Under the pieces are notes generated by a model. The model was not told the DNA's origin. It did no database searches and saw only the letters and a program-made list of their open reading frames with translations. From Chthoniobacterales bacterium (lineage in GTDB: Bacteria > Verrucomicrobiota > Verrucomicrobiia > Chthoniobacterales > JAATET01): a DNA stretch of 64,000 nucleotides. Below, one piece after another: positions 49,625 through 59,670 of the stretch (its first letter is position 1; every line of letters begins with the position of its first letter). The stretch spans positions 24,916 to 88,915 of the forward strand of contig DATCRI010000077.1 in NCBI GenBank assembly GCA_036569045.1, read 5' to 3'. The position numbers and the translations under genes are program-made.

Positions 49625-51109
49625 ATGCCCGATTCTCAGGCTAGTCTGCCGGAGAATCCCCCGTCGTTCGACGGGGACGCGAAATCCGGAAAGCGCGCCC
49701 GCAAAGGGGATTATCCCCAAAAACAGGCGAGTTATTTACCGGATATTCACAGAACACTCCCGCAGAGTCTCGACGCCGAAAAAGGCGTTCTCTGTTCCGC
49801 CCTGCTCTCGCCCGGCAACGTGCTCGGCGAGTGCATCGAGCGGCTGAGCGAGATTCACTTCTATCAGCCGGCCCATCAGATCATCTACCGGGAGATGATC
49901 ACGCTGCAGAACGCAGCCAAGCCGGTCGACTTCATCACGCTCACCCAGGCGCTCAAGGACAAGGGCGAGCTCGACAAGGCCGGTGGGGCTGCCGCGATCT
50001 CGGAGTTGTTCACATTCGTGCCAACCTCGAGCAATGCCGATTACTACATCGATATTGTCCGCGAGAAATTTCTCCTGCGGCAGCTGATTCAGACCTGCAC
50101 GGAATTCGCCGGCCGCGCCTACGACGAGCAGGGCGAAGTGAAGGTCCTCCTCGACGAAGCCGAGTCCAAAGTGATGCAAATCGGCGAGGAGCGCTTCAAG
50201 GGCGTGTTCGCCGACATGCGCACCGAGGTAATGAGGGCGATCGAGAACATCGAGAAGCTTTACAAGAACCGCGGCGGACTTTCCGGCCTCTCCACAGGTT
50301 TTAAGAAGCTCGACGAAATGACGAGCGGCCTGCACGGCGCGGAAATGTTCGTCGTCGCCGCCCGTCCTTCAATGGGCAAGACCGCCTTCGCCATGAACAT
50401 CGCCGAGCACGTCGCGGTGAACTGCAACAAGGCGGTAGGCGTGTTCAGTCTCGAAATGAGCGCGAACCAGCTCGTCCAGCGTCTGCTCTGCTCGCACGCG
50501 CGCGTGAACCTCGGCCACGTCCGCGACGGCTTCCTCTCCCAGCAGGACGTCAACAAGATCACCAAGACCGCCGGCGTCCTTTCGAAGAGCCAGATCTACA
50601 TCGACGACACCGCCGGCATCAGCGTTCTCGAGTTGCGCGCGAAGGCCCGCCGCATGAAGGATCGCCACAACATCGAGCTGATCGTCATCGACTATCTTCA
50701 GCTCCTGCGCTCGACGACGAAACGAGGCCAGGACAACCGCCAGATCGAAATCGCGGAAATTTCCAACGGCATCAAGGCGCTCGCCAAGGAGCTCGATATC
50801 CCGATCATCGTTCTCGCGCAGCTCAATCGTAATCCCGACGCCCGCACCGGCAATGCGAAAGGCCGCCCGCGCATGAGCGACCTGCGCGAATCCGGCTCCA
50901 TCGAGCAGGATGCCGACGTCATTGGCCTGCTCGTGCGCTCCGAGGTCTATGAGGATGACGAAGACGAGAAGAAGGAGAAAGCCGGTGAAGCGACGCTCAT
51001 CATCGCAAAGCAGCGTAACGGCCCGGTCGGCGACGTCCCCCTGACCTTCCTCAAGGAGTTCACGCGTTTCGAGGATCGCGCGGACGCCCCGTCGGACGAC
51101 TCGCACTAA
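49625..51109 (+). CDS. dnaB: replicative DNA helicase DnaB
   Basis: LPQSLDAEKGVLCS N-domain, Walker A ARPSMGKTAF, IVIDYLQLL, AKQRNGP. Confidence 0.95.
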   Translation: MPDSQASLPENPPSFDGDAKSGKRARKGDYPQKQASYLPDIHRTLPQSLDAEKGVLCSALLSPGNVLGECIERLSEIHFYQPAHQIIYREMITLQNAAKPVDFITLTQALKDKGELDKAGGAAAISELFTFVPTSSNADYYIDIVREKFLLRQLIQTCTEFAGRAYDEQGEVKVLLDEAESKVMQIGEERFKGVFADMRTEVMRAIENIEKLYKNRGGLSGLSTGFKKLDEMTSGLHGAEMFVVAARPSMGKTAFAMNIAEHVAVNCNKAVGVFSLEMSANQLVQRLLCSHARVNLGHVRDGFLSQQDVNKITKTAGVLSKSQIYIDDTAGISVLELRAKARRMKDRHNIELIVIDYLQLLRSTTKRGQDNRQIEIAEISNGIKALAKELDIPIIVLAQLNRNPDARTGNAKGRPRMSDLRESGSIEQDADVIGLLVRSEVYEDDEDEKKEKAGEATLIIAKQRNGPVGDVPLTFLKEFTRFEDRADAPSDDSH

Positions 51110-51129
51110 CCCCCTTCAATCGCCAGGGA

Positions 51130-51735
51130 CTACGCCAGCTCGCCGGGAAAGTTTGCGACCAGCGCTTCGCGGACGCGTTCGATCGGAAGTCCCACGACGT
51201 TCGAGAACGATCCCTCGAGGCATTCGATGATGCGGCCGTCATCCTCCTGCGCCGCGTAGGCGCCGGCTTTGTCGAGCGGGTCGATCGAGGCGAGGTAAGC
51301 CTGAATTTCCTCCGCGGAGAGGCGCTTGAACCGGACGCGAGTCACCTCGTGAAATTTGACCATCGCCGTGCGCCCCCATTCGACCAGGCACACGCCGGTG
51401 ATGACTTCGTGCACGTGCCCGACCAGGCGGCTGAGCATCTCGAAGGCGTGGTCGTGATCGCGAGGCTTCCCGTAAACGTCGCCCTCGAAGACGACGATGG
51501 TATCCGCCCCGAGAACGATGCGGTCCGGCCGGGAAAGCGCAATCGACATGGCCTTGAGCTCCGCGTTCGCCAGAGCGAGTCCATACGGTGGCCCGTCGGC
51601 GACGGTCAGCTCCTCGACATCAGTCGGCTCGCAAACGGCCTCGATCCCAGCCTCGGCAAGCAATTCCCGGCGGCGCGGCGAGCCCGACGCCAGCACGAGC
51701 CGGGAGGCGGACACTCGTTCGATCGACTCGCTCAA
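51130..51735 (-). CDS. maf: Maf-family nucleoside triphosphate pyrophosphatase
   Basis: LVLASGSPRRRELL and GKP.D motifs. 201 aa. Confidence 0.9.
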   Translation of the reverse strand: MSESIERVSASRLVLASGSPRRRELLAEAGIEAVCEPTDVEELTVADGPPYGLALANAELKAMSIALSRPDRIVLGADTIVVFEGDVYGKPRDHDHAFEMLSRLVGHVHEVITGVCLVEWGRTAMVKFHEVTRVRFKRLSAEEIQAYLASIDPLDKAGAYAAQEDDGRIIECLEGSFSNVVGLPIERVREALVANFPGELA

Positions 51736-52031
51736 GCGATCTCGTCGTCTCCGGCGAAGCCGACATCCTCACGCAGCGAATCCAGACGGCGACGCATGTC
51801 GCGCTCCGAGGACGTGCGATGGCTGAGGCGATCGTAGATACCGGCCACGAAGGGAATCACCGCGGCGGCGCCGGCGCCGATCAGGACGATGGCCGCGCGC
51901 TGGCGGGCCGTGGTCTCGAGCTTGTCGGCAACGAGCAGTCCCACTCCGAGGCCGACGGCGACTTGCGACAGGGCACTGAGGCCAGTGACGGGAAGGTTTT
52001 CGCCGAACTTGGAAATGGGAAGAGACGCCAT
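51732..52031 (-). CDS. small membrane protein, hypothetical
   Basis: 99 aa with two hydrophobic helices. Its stop overlaps the maf start. Confidence 0.5.
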   Translation of the reverse strand: MASLPISKFGENLPVTGLSALSQVAVGLGVGLLVADKLETTARQRAAIVLIGAGAAAVIPFVAGIYDRLSHRTSSERDMRRRLDSLREDVGFAGDDEIA

Positions 52032-52075
52032 ACGTCTCGCAACTTAGGAGCGAGGTATGGCATTTTCAATGGCAA

Positions 52076-52513
52076 ATGAAACGCGCCCTTGGCATCGATC
52101 CCGGAGACGTTCGCGTGGGCGTAGCCATCAGTGACGAACTCAAATTTCTCGCGCATCCGCTCGAGACGATCGACGTTCGCCGCACGCCGGCCATCGCCCG
52201 CATCCGCGAACTCGTCACCAGCCGCGATGTCGACGCGATCGTGATCGGCCTGCCGCGCAACATGGATGGCTCCCACGGGCCCGCCGCCGAGAAGGCCGCC
52301 AAATTTATCGACGCCCTGCGTGCCGCGATCAACGATCCCGCCGTGCGCATCATTGGCCTCGACGAGCGCATGACCACGCTCTCCGCCCAGCGCTCGCTGC
52401 GCGAGGCCGGCCGCAAGGCTCACGAGCAGAAGAACATCATCGACCAGGCGGCAGCGCAGGTGATTCTGCAAAGCTGGCTCGACGCCCAGGCCGGCGGCCT
52501 CTCGAGCCTTTGA
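52076..52513 (+). CDS. ruvX: Holliday junction resolvase-like RuvX (YqgF)
   Basis: ALGIDPGDVRVGVAISD and IVIGLPRNMDGS motifs. Confidence 0.9.
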   Translation: MKRALGIDPGDVRVGVAISDELKFLAHPLETIDVRRTPAIARIRELVTSRDVDAIVIGLPRNMDGSHGPAAEKAAKFIDALRAAINDPAVRIIGLDERMTTLSAQRSLREAGRKAHEQKNIIDQAAAQVILQSWLDAQAGGLSSL

Positions 52514-53256
52514 CCGTGCGGCTGAAACTGACCATCGCCTACGACGGCGCGCCTTTTTCGGGCTGGCAGAGCCAGGCGGGCGGCAACACCGTCCAGGATC
52601 TCATCGAGGGCGCCCTCCTCAGGATATCCGGCACGAAGATCACGCTGCATGGCTCCGGTCGCACCGATGCCGGGGTTCACGCGCTCGGCCAGATCGCGCA
52701 TTTCGATGCCCCGGCCGACTCCCGCATGCCAGCCGATGCATGGCTCCGCGCGCTGAACGCCACCCTGCCTCCAGCGATTCGCATTCTTCGGTCCGTCCGC
52801 ACCCGGACAAATTTTCACGCGCGCTTCGCCGCCAGGGGAAAAATTTATCGCTACGAGATGGATACCCGGCCCGTGCTGGCGCCATTCCGCGCAGGGCGCG
52901 CCTGGCATTTTCCCCACGCGCTCGATCTCGACGCGCTGCGGGATTCGCTGCAGCTTTTCGTCGGCACGCATGACTTCCGCGCCTTCGCGGCAAATCGCAG
53001 CACTCCGGTCACCGATCCGGTGCGCACGATCGATTCCATCCGCCTCACCACCACCAGCTCGGGACTCGCGCTGACGTTTCACGGCAACGGCTTCCTCTAT
53101 AAAATGGTCCGCATGCTCACGGGCGCCGGCGTGCGGGTCGCGCAGGGGCGCGATTCCGCGGATCGAATTCGCACCCTGCTCGCCGCGCCCACCTCGGGGC
53201 ACTGGACCTATGTCGCCCCGGCGGACGGCCTGTATCTCGTGCGCGTGCTCTACTGA
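52510..53256 (+). CDS. truA: tRNA pseudouridine(38-40) synthase TruA
   Basis: IAYDGAPFSGWQSQ and catalytic GRTDAGVHA. The start is uncertain (TTG 52510 overlapping the ruvX stop, or GTG 52516). Confidence 0.9.
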   Translation: MTVRLKLTIAYDGAPFSGWQSQAGGNTVQDLIEGALLRISGTKITLHGSGRTDAGVHALGQIAHFDAPADSRMPADAWLRALNATLPPAIRILRSVRTRTNFHARFAARGKIYRYEMDTRPVLAPFRAGRAWHFPHALDLDALRDSLQLFVGTHDFRAFAANRSTPVTDPVRTIDSIRLTTTSSGLALTFHGNGFLYKMVRMLTGAGVRVAQGRDSADRIRTLLAAPTSGHWTYVAPADGLYLVRVLY

Positions 53257-53774
53257 GCGGCGACCGTCTGCGGAGCGCTGATCACCACGGCGTGGGCCTG
53301 GTAGGCGACCTTCACGTTCGCGAGCTGGGCCACGTAATCGAGCACGCTGGTCACCGGCACGCCCGAAAGCTGGAGCGTGATCAGCTTCTCGCGGCCGTAG
53401 TCCGAGGAGAACATCCGCACGATATTGAGGGTGGCATGGCCGCCGGTTTGCTCCGCGACAACCTTGGGCAGAAAGTCCAGCACCGTGGTGAGCGAGGTGT
53501 CGCGGAAGTCGATTTTCGGAACAATAACTCCCTCCATCTGCTTGCGCAGGTCAACGTTCTTCGGCTTTTCCGCCGCGATGCGCTGGAGATACAGGGCCGC
53601 GGGCTGATTGCCCGGATCGGCCGCCAGCACCTCCCGGAAAAGCTTCTGCGCCTGCTCGAGATTGCCGCCGCTATACGCCCGCACGCCGCGCGCGTAAACC
53701 TGCTGCACCGACTCGGCCTGCGCCACCGACGCAGCGACCGTGAGAAAAACGACGAGGGGGAACCACCGTTTCAT
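53250..53774 (-). CDS. secreted protein with TPR-like N-part and secretin-N/STN-like C-part (hypothetical)
   Basis: Signal peptide MKRWFPLVVFLTVAASVAQA. The C-terminal pattern IDFRDTSLTTVLDFL...LQLSGVPVTSVLDYVAQLANV resembles STN/secretin N0 modules. Confidence 0.55.
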   Translation of the reverse strand: MKRWFPLVVFLTVAASVAQAESVQQVYARGVRAYSGGNLEQAQKLFREVLAADPGNQPAALYLQRIAAEKPKNVDLRKQMEGVIVPKIDFRDTSLTTVLDFLPKVVAEQTGGHATLNIVRMFSSDYGREKLITLQLSGVPVTSVLDYVAQLANVKVAYQAHAVVISAPQTVAAQ

Positions 53775-53852
53775 GCGGACATGCTACGCCCAACCACCGC
53801 ATTTGCAAAGGCCATCACTTGAACCCTCGCGGTATTTTGCTAGCCTGCGCGC

Positions 53853-54923
53853 GTGCGCAAGCTGCTTCCCGCCGGTGTTCTCCCGGTCCTTCTGTTTTTT
53901 GCGGCGATCGCCAACTTTCTCCCGGTCGCTCACTCCGAAATGACCGACGAGCAGAAGCGCGCCCTTTTTCTCCGCTCGCGAGAGGACATTCGTCCCGTTC
54001 CCCGCGCCACCTCGACGCCGAAGCCCAAGCCCACTCCGGCCAGCCGTTCGACCCCAAAGCCGAAGCCGCGCAGCACCCCTCGTCCGACCCCGGACGAGGA
54101 GGAAGAGCCGGCAAGCACGCCGCGGCCGAAACCGAAAGCCACTCCCGAAGAAGAAAAAGAGTCGGAGACCGAGAAACCCACGCCCACTCCAAAACCGACC
54201 CCGACACCGCGGCCCACCACCACTCCCAAACCCACGCCGACACCGCGGCCCACGCCGACACCGCGGCCCACGCCCACTCCGGAGCCGACGGTCGACCGCA
54301 AGGCCGACGAGAAGGCCAGCGCGCCGATTGTCATCGAAAAATCCGGCAAAGCCGAGGACGAGGGTGAGATTCCTCCGCCGAAGAAGCAGGGGTGGTCCCT
54401 CTTCGGTGGTGGCCCGAAATACACTTACCTCACGCCCGCAGTCCGCGCCGCCATCGACAACGCGAAGGTGAAGCGCAACCGCTGGAAATACATCATCGTG
54501 CACAACAGTGGAACGCGGCAGGGCAACGCGAAGGCGTTCGACGCCTACCACCGCAATGTGCGCCACATGCAGAACGGTCTCGCCTACCACTTCGTCATCG
54601 GCAACGGCCATTCCTCCGGCAACGGCGAGATCGAGATCGGCAGCCGCTGGACCCGGCAAATCAACGGCGGCCACGTCGCCAGCGACTATCTCAACAATAT
54701 CGCGCTCGGCATCTGCCTCGTCGGCGATTTCAACCGCGACGTGCCGACGAAGACCCAGCTCGCCGCCCTGCAGGAACTCATCACCTACCTCCGCAAGCGC
54801 TGCGGCAAGGTGAAGGGCAAGGACATCATCGTGCGCGGCCACAAGCAGATCAACCCCAAGCCCACCGACTGCCCCGGCGACCGCTTCCCGCTGAAGTGGC
54901 TGAATCGCACCTTCAAGGATTGA
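53853..54923 (+). CDS. N-acetylmuramoyl-L-alanine amidase (amidase_2/PGRP fold) with Pro/Thr/Lys-rich linker
   Basis: Signal peptide, a ~90-residue TPKPxP linker, then IIVHNSGT...AYHFVIGNG...GGHV...DCPG. GTG start. Confidence 0.85.
   Translation: MRKLLPAGVLPVLLFFAAIANFLPVAHSEMTDEQKRALFLRSREDIRPVPRATSTPKPKPTPASRSTPKPKPRSTPRPTPDEEEEPASTPRPKPKATPEEEKESETEKPTPTPKPTPTPRPTTTPKPTPTPRPTPTPRPTPTPEPTVDRKADEKASAPIVIEKSGKAEDEGEIPPPKKQGWSLFGGGPKYTYLTPAVRAAIDNAKVKRNRWKYIIVHNSGTRQGNAKAFDAYHRNVRHMQNGLAYHFVIGNGHSSGNGEIEIGSRWTRQINGGHVASDYLNNIALGICLVGDFNRDVPTKTQLAALQELITYLRKRCGKVKGKDIIVRGHKQINPKPTDCPGDRFPLKWLNRTFKD
54201..54274 (+). repeat. imperfect tandem 18-nt repeat inside the amidase linker
   Basis: The unit CACGCCGACACCGCGGCC is perfect at 54233-54250 and 54251-54268, with partial copies on both sides. 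It encodes (T)PTPRP repeats. Confidence 0.6.
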
Positions 54924-54970
54924 TTGCCCGCCAGAAGCGACCAAACGGCCCGCCGCTTCGTATCCCCAGT

Positions 54971-55849
54971 ATGAAAATCGGCATCACCGGCGCCCGGGGA
55001 TTCATCGGCGGCCATCTCGCGAAGCTCGCCCGCGAACACGGCCATCAGGTCGTCTCGTTCTCGCGGCATCCCGAGCCGCTTCCCGGATTTCTCGAGGCTC
55101 GCCCATTCTCCCTCGACACGCCTCCGGATGTCTCCGGTCTCGGCGCCCTCGTTCACCTCGCCGGTGAAAGCATCATGGGCCTGTGGACTCCCGCCAAGAA
55201 GCGCCGCATCCGCGAGAGTCGCGTGCAGGGCACCCGCCGCGTCGTGGAAGCCATCGCCGCCGCGCGCTCCGGCCCCTCGGTCTTCATCTGCGGGTCCGCC
55301 ATCGGCTTTTACGGCGACACCGGCGAGCGGGAAGTCTCCGAGGGCAGCCCGTCCGGCACCGGCTTCCTCGCCGATGTCTGTCAGTCCTGGGAAGCCGAAG
55401 CCCGCGCCGCCACGATCCGCACCGTGCGTATTCGCACCGGTTTCGTCCTCGGCCGCGACGGCGGCGCGATGCAACTCGTCGCCCCGGCATTTCGCCTCTG
55501 CCTCGGCGGCAACCTCGGCGACGGGCGCCAGTGGATGTCGTGCGTGCATGTCGACGACGTCGCCGGCCTCATCCTCCACGCGATCGAGAGCGAGTCCATC
55601 GAAGGCCCACTCAACGCCGTGCTGCCCGATCCGGTGCGAAATGCCGATTTCACGCGCGCCGTTGCCCGCGCCGTCCATCGCCCTGCCATCATTCCGGCGC
55701 CCGCATTTGCCCTGAAAATCGGCCTCGGCGAGCTATCCCACCTCCTGCTCGACAGCCAGCGCGTCGTGCCGACGGCCACGCTCGCATCCGGATACCGCTT
55801 CCGCCACCCGACCCTGGAGTCCGCCGTCGCCGCAGCCGTCCGCAGCTAG
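54971..55849 (+). CDS. TIGR01777-type NAD-dependent epimerase family protein (YfcH-like, DUF1731 C-terminus)
   Basis: MKIGITGARGFIGGHL Rossmann motif. 292 aa. C-terminal ...SQRVVPTATLASGYRFRHPTLESA is typical of the family. Confidence 0.85.
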   Translation: MKIGITGARGFIGGHLAKLAREHGHQVVSFSRHPEPLPGFLEARPFSLDTPPDVSGLGALVHLAGESIMGLWTPAKKRRIRESRVQGTRRVVEAIAAARSGPSVFICGSAIGFYGDTGEREVSEGSPSGTGFLADVCQSWEAEARAATIRTVRIRTGFVLGRDGGAMQLVAPAFRLCLGGNLGDGRQWMSCVHVDDVAGLILHAIESESIEGPLNAVLPDPVRNADFTRAVARAVHRPAIIPAPAFALKIGLGELSHLLLDSQRVVPTATLASGYRFRHPTLESAVAAAVRS

Positions 55850-55903
55850 CGCCCGCGGGTTTTCCATTCGCATGGCCCGAAACTTGCGATCACTCTGCGC
55901 CCC

Positions 55904-56785
55904 ATGTCCTCTCCGCAAAACATCATCGCAATCGTTTACGATTACGACCAGACCCTCAGTCCGAACTACATGCAGGAGGAGGCGATCTTCCCGCACTTCG
56001 GCATCAACTCGAAGAGCTTCTGGGAAAAATGCGGCGAGCTCGTGCAGGGCGAGGGTTACGACAATGAACTCGCCTACATGAAGGTGATGCTCGACTACCT
56101 CGGGATGGATCGCCCGACGAATGCGCAGCTGCGCGAGCTCGGATCGAAGCTGAATTTCTATCCCGGCCTGCCCGAGATGTTTTCGGAGTTTCAGAGCGGC
56201 CTGCTCACCGCGGAGCACGAGGCGCACGGCATCACGGTCGAGCACTACATCATCTCGTCCGGCATCAAGGTGCTCATCGAAGGCAGCCGGCTCGCGCCGT
56301 TCGTGAAGGCCATCTTCGGTTGCGAGTTCGCCGAGGACGCCCACGGCCAGATCACCTTCCCCCGCCGCGTCATCAGCCACACCCAGAAGACGCAATATCT
56401 CTTCCGCATCAACAAGGGGATGCTCGACATGTCGCAGGACGTGAACGACCACATGCCGGCCGAGCTGCGGCCCGTGCCGTTCCAGAACATGGTCTACGTC
56501 GGCGACGGGCCGACCGACGTGCCCTGCTTCACCGTGATGCGGCGCAATGGCGGCCAGGCCATCGCGGTCTATAATCCCGAGGACCCCACGCGCTCGAGCT
56601 TCAAGAAGTGCTACCAGCTCTGCGTCCACGCCGACCGGGTGAAGAACATCGCCCCCTCGGATTTCCGTCGCGGCAGCCACCTGCGCCTCCTGCTCGAAGA
56701 GATGGTGCACGAGGTCGCCGACCGCATCGTCCAGCGCCGCCGCTCGGACATCGAGGCTGGCACCGTTCGCGCTCCGAAATTTTAG
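55904..56785 (+). CDS. HAD-superfamily hydrolase-like protein
   Basis: Motif I IVYDYDQT (DxDxT) and motif IV-like VYVGDGPTDVPCF. Confidence 0.7.
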   Translation: MSSPQNIIAIVYDYDQTLSPNYMQEEAIFPHFGINSKSFWEKCGELVQGEGYDNELAYMKVMLDYLGMDRPTNAQLRELGSKLNFYPGLPEMFSEFQSGLLTAEHEAHGITVEHYIISSGIKVLIEGSRLAPFVKAIFGCEFAEDAHGQITFPRRVISHTQKTQYLFRINKGMLDMSQDVNDHMPAELRPVPFQNMVYVGDGPTDVPCFTVMRRNGGQAIAVYNPEDPTRSSFKKCYQLCVHADRVKNIAPSDFRRGSHLRLLLEEMVHEVADRIVQRRRSDIEAGTVRAPKF

Positions 56786-56788
56786 AGC

Positions 56789-58159
56789 CTACGGCTCGAG
56801 CGTCGGATCGCCGCCCGGCAAGCCGTCGAGAGCCTTCGACGGGATCACGCAGATTTCCGGGCTTTCGTCGATGCGCACGAAGAGTTCGTCGCCCTTCCGC
56901 GCGCCAATATGCACCGTCGCCACCGCGCGGCGGCCAGCCGTGGTCTCCGGGGTGTTCTCCGACAGCCACGCATCGAACGCGATTTCGCCCGACGGCGTGG
57001 CCAGGCCGGCCGTGCGGAGATTTTCCTCCGTGATCGGCAGGTAGCGACTGACCTTTGCGCCGCTCAGATTCTTCACGACGCGTTCGACGACCTTGTCCTT
57101 GACCACACGGCCGTTCGACTTCCAGTCGTCGCCATCGCGCGCGATCGTGCGCTCTTTCGCACCATCGCGCAGGCGAATCGCATCCACCGTATCGAGGTTC
57201 AGGTCGAGCAGATGCCGGTCGCGCAGGTTATCGGGATCAAGCGGCAGCAAATCCCACGCTTTCACGGGAAGATGGTAGATGCTGTCGCGGGCGGTAAACT
57301 GCGCGAGCACGGTCTTCACGCCCCCGCGGTCCTCCTCCGCACCGATCCGCAGCGCGATCGGCCGCGCCTCGTCCTCGACCTGCATCACGAGTTCGGCCCT
57401 CGGCCCGCCCAGGCCATACGCGCTCAGATCGTCGGAATCGTCGGCGACGAAATCGAGAATTTCGAGACCGAGCAAATCCCCGAGCAGCTTCTCAACGGTC
57501 GCATCGTCCGCTCGCGCCCGCAGCGGACGCACGATCTCCCAGCCCCGGCCGCCTCGCTCCAACGCGATCTCGCCGCCCGCTCGGCGAATGGAAAACTTGT
57601 CGATGCGGTCCGGCGTGAGATTCGTGAGCCGACGGTCGCGAAAATCCTGGGCATTCCGAAACGCGAGGCGCTGCAACTGGTCGCTCACGACAAAGACGTC
57701 GTTCGAGTCGGCCCGGCGCACGTAGATACGGCCGTCGCTCGCCGCTTCCTTGCCGAAATAGAGCGCCGGCGCGCCATCGCCGATGAGGTCCAGCTGGCTC
57801 TTCGGATTCTCGAGACCGTAGGTGTCGAGATCGTGCGCGTCCCTGAACTCGGAGGCCTTGATCACGTCGAAGACGCGCAGACGCGCCGCAGCCTCGAGCA
57901 ACTGGCCCACCATCTTCGGCGAGGCCACGTCCTTCGGCTTCGGGCCAATCCACCAGCCGGCATCCCGGCGCTCGAGTTCGTAGCCGTCGTCCCCGGCGGC
58001 AACGCGAATCCCCGTGATGGCTCCGGGATTGATCTGCAGCACGAAATCCTTCGTGGCCTCGGCCTCGCGCGTGCTTTTCCAATGCGGCTCGACGAGCAGC
58101 AGAAACAGCCCCGCCCCGAGCGCAAGCAGCACGAGCAGAATGGTGGCGACCCTGCTCAT
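56789..58159 (-). CDS. DUF4340-like membrane-anchored protein
   Basis: 456 aa from MSRVATILLVLLALGAGLFLLL. Repetitive beta-rich body, in the conserved position after a GldG-like gene. Its start overlaps the upstream stop. Confidence 0.7.
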   Translation of the reverse strand: MSRVATILLVLLALGAGLFLLLVEPHWKSTREAEATKDFVLQINPGAITGIRVAAGDDGYELERRDAGWWIGPKPKDVASPKMVGQLLEAAARLRVFDVIKASEFRDAHDLDTYGLENPKSQLDLIGDGAPALYFGKEAASDGRIYVRRADSNDVFVVSDQLQRLAFRNAQDFRDRRLTNLTPDRIDKFSIRRAGGEIALERGGRGWEIVRPLRARADDATVEKLLGDLLGLEILDFVADDSDDLSAYGLGGPRAELVMQVEDEARPIALRIGAEEDRGGVKTVLAQFTARDSIYHLPVKAWDLLPLDPDNLRDRHLLDLNLDTVDAIRLRDGAKERTIARDGDDWKSNGRVVKDKVVERVVKNLSGAKVSRYLPITEENLRTAGLATPSGEIAFDAWLSENTPETTAGRRAVATVHIGARKGDELFVRIDESPEICVIPSKALDGLPGGDPTLEP

Positions 58160-59667
58160 GCACGGCGGCGCAGTCCCATGATGATGCCCAGCAGCGCGGC
58201 GGCCGCGGGAATGAGGACGAGCACGTAGAGCGCGATGGAGCGCAGTTGGGCCTCGGTGAGGCTGAGCATGTAATTCGTGATGGCGCGCGGCGCTACGCCG
58301 GTGAGCTTCGAGCGACCCTCGATCATGCGGTTGATCACGCTCACCATGAAGTCGAGATTGCCCTGGGTGGCGGTGTCGGCAAGCGCGGCATCCTCGATGA
58401 ACGCGCTGTTGCCGACGACGACCATGCGGGAGGCTGCGATGTCGGTGCGCTCGTCCCGTGCGCCGCCTTTTTCGGCGGAGGCGGCAATGATGACCGGCTG
58501 GCCGGTGTCCACCCCGTCGTCGTAGCGCACGCCCTTCTTCTCGGCATCGAGGTAATCGACTTCGCCCCAGTATTGCTCGGCGGCGAGGATGAGCGGACGC
58601 ACCTGAATGTCCCCCCGCGGCGCGGCGGCGATATCGAGGAAGAGCGACGAAGTTCCTCCGACGAAATAGGCGTTCACGCCGCCGAGCCGCTTCGTAATGG
58701 GGCTGTCGGGCATGAAGATGCCCGCCACGCGGTATTCGATGCCGAGCAGGTCGGGCTGCGTGACCGAACGCACGGTGACGAGCACCCTGTCGTTGCGCGG
58801 GAAGATGCAGGCGGCGTTGAGCAACTTGCGGAGGTTCGGCGTGTTCGTGCCGGGACGAATCAGGACGACGATGCGGCCGTTGTCCTGCCAGTATTTCTCG
58901 AGGATCTCGAGCTCGCGGGAGGAGATGTCGTATTGCGCGCCGACAATGCAGATCGCGTCGGCGTCCTTCGGAATGGCGTCCGCGGCGGCGAGATTCAGGC
59001 CGAACGACGCCGCGTTCTGGCGCGTAATGAAATCGTTGAGCCGGGTGAGATCGGCCGGGGGCACCTCGCCGTGGCCCTGGAGAAAATAAATGCGCGACTG
59101 CTTCGGATTCAGCAGCTCGATGAACGCGGCGGTGAGCACGGCCTCGCCCTTGAAGGCCTGCAGGCGCGGGGGTTCGCCGGCCGCCATGCCGCTCATGTCG
59201 AAATCGCCGAGCTCCCGGATCGGGATGAATTTCGTCCGGCCATCGTAGTCGAGGATGAGCCGGTTCTCGTCGTCGTTGAATTTGTATTTTGTCTGAAGTT
59301 CCCGCGCCCGGGAGACATCGCGCGTCGGGTCGACCCATTCGATCTTGAGATTGTCGCGGGCCGAGAACTGGACCTCGGCGAGAAGATTCTCGAGGTCGCC
59401 GGCGAGCGAGGACTCCAGCGTGAGGCTGCTCGCCGAGAAATAGACGATGATTGTGGCGGGCTTGTCGAACTGCCGCAGCACCTGCTTCGTCTGCTCGGCG
59501 AGGGAAAACCGCTGCGAACGGGAGAAATCCCAGCGCTGGAAGTAATTGAAGCCAATGTTGTTCGCGACGATCACGAGGAACACGACGCAGATCGCCTGGA
59601 TGACGACGCCGAAGCCGATGCCAGTGCGCGAGAAGCTGGCTTTCGCCGATTTTTTCGATTTGGCCAT
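58156..59667 (-). CDS. GldG-like ABC-transporter auxiliary protein
   Basis: 503 aa with N- and C-terminal TM anchors and a large external domain, following an ABC-2 permease. Confidence 0.8.
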   Translation of the reverse strand: MAKSKKSAKASFSRTGIGFGVVIQAICVVFLVIVANNIGFNYFQRWDFSRSQRFSLAEQTKQVLRQFDKPATIIVYFSASSLTLESSLAGDLENLLAEVQFSARDNLKIEWVDPTRDVSRARELQTKYKFNDDENRLILDYDGRTKFIPIRELGDFDMSGMAAGEPPRLQAFKGEAVLTAAFIELLNPKQSRIYFLQGHGEVPPADLTRLNDFITRQNAASFGLNLAAADAIPKDADAICIVGAQYDISSRELEILEKYWQDNGRIVVLIRPGTNTPNLRKLLNAACIFPRNDRVLVTVRSVTQPDLLGIEYRVAGIFMPDSPITKRLGGVNAYFVGGTSSLFLDIAAAPRGDIQVRPLILAAEQYWGEVDYLDAEKKGVRYDDGVDTGQPVIIAASAEKGGARDERTDIAASRMVVVGNSAFIEDAALADTATQGNLDFMVSVINRMIEGRSKLTGVAPRAITNYMLSLTEAQLRSIALYVLVLIPAAAALLGIIMGLRRRA

Positions 59668-59670
59668 CGG

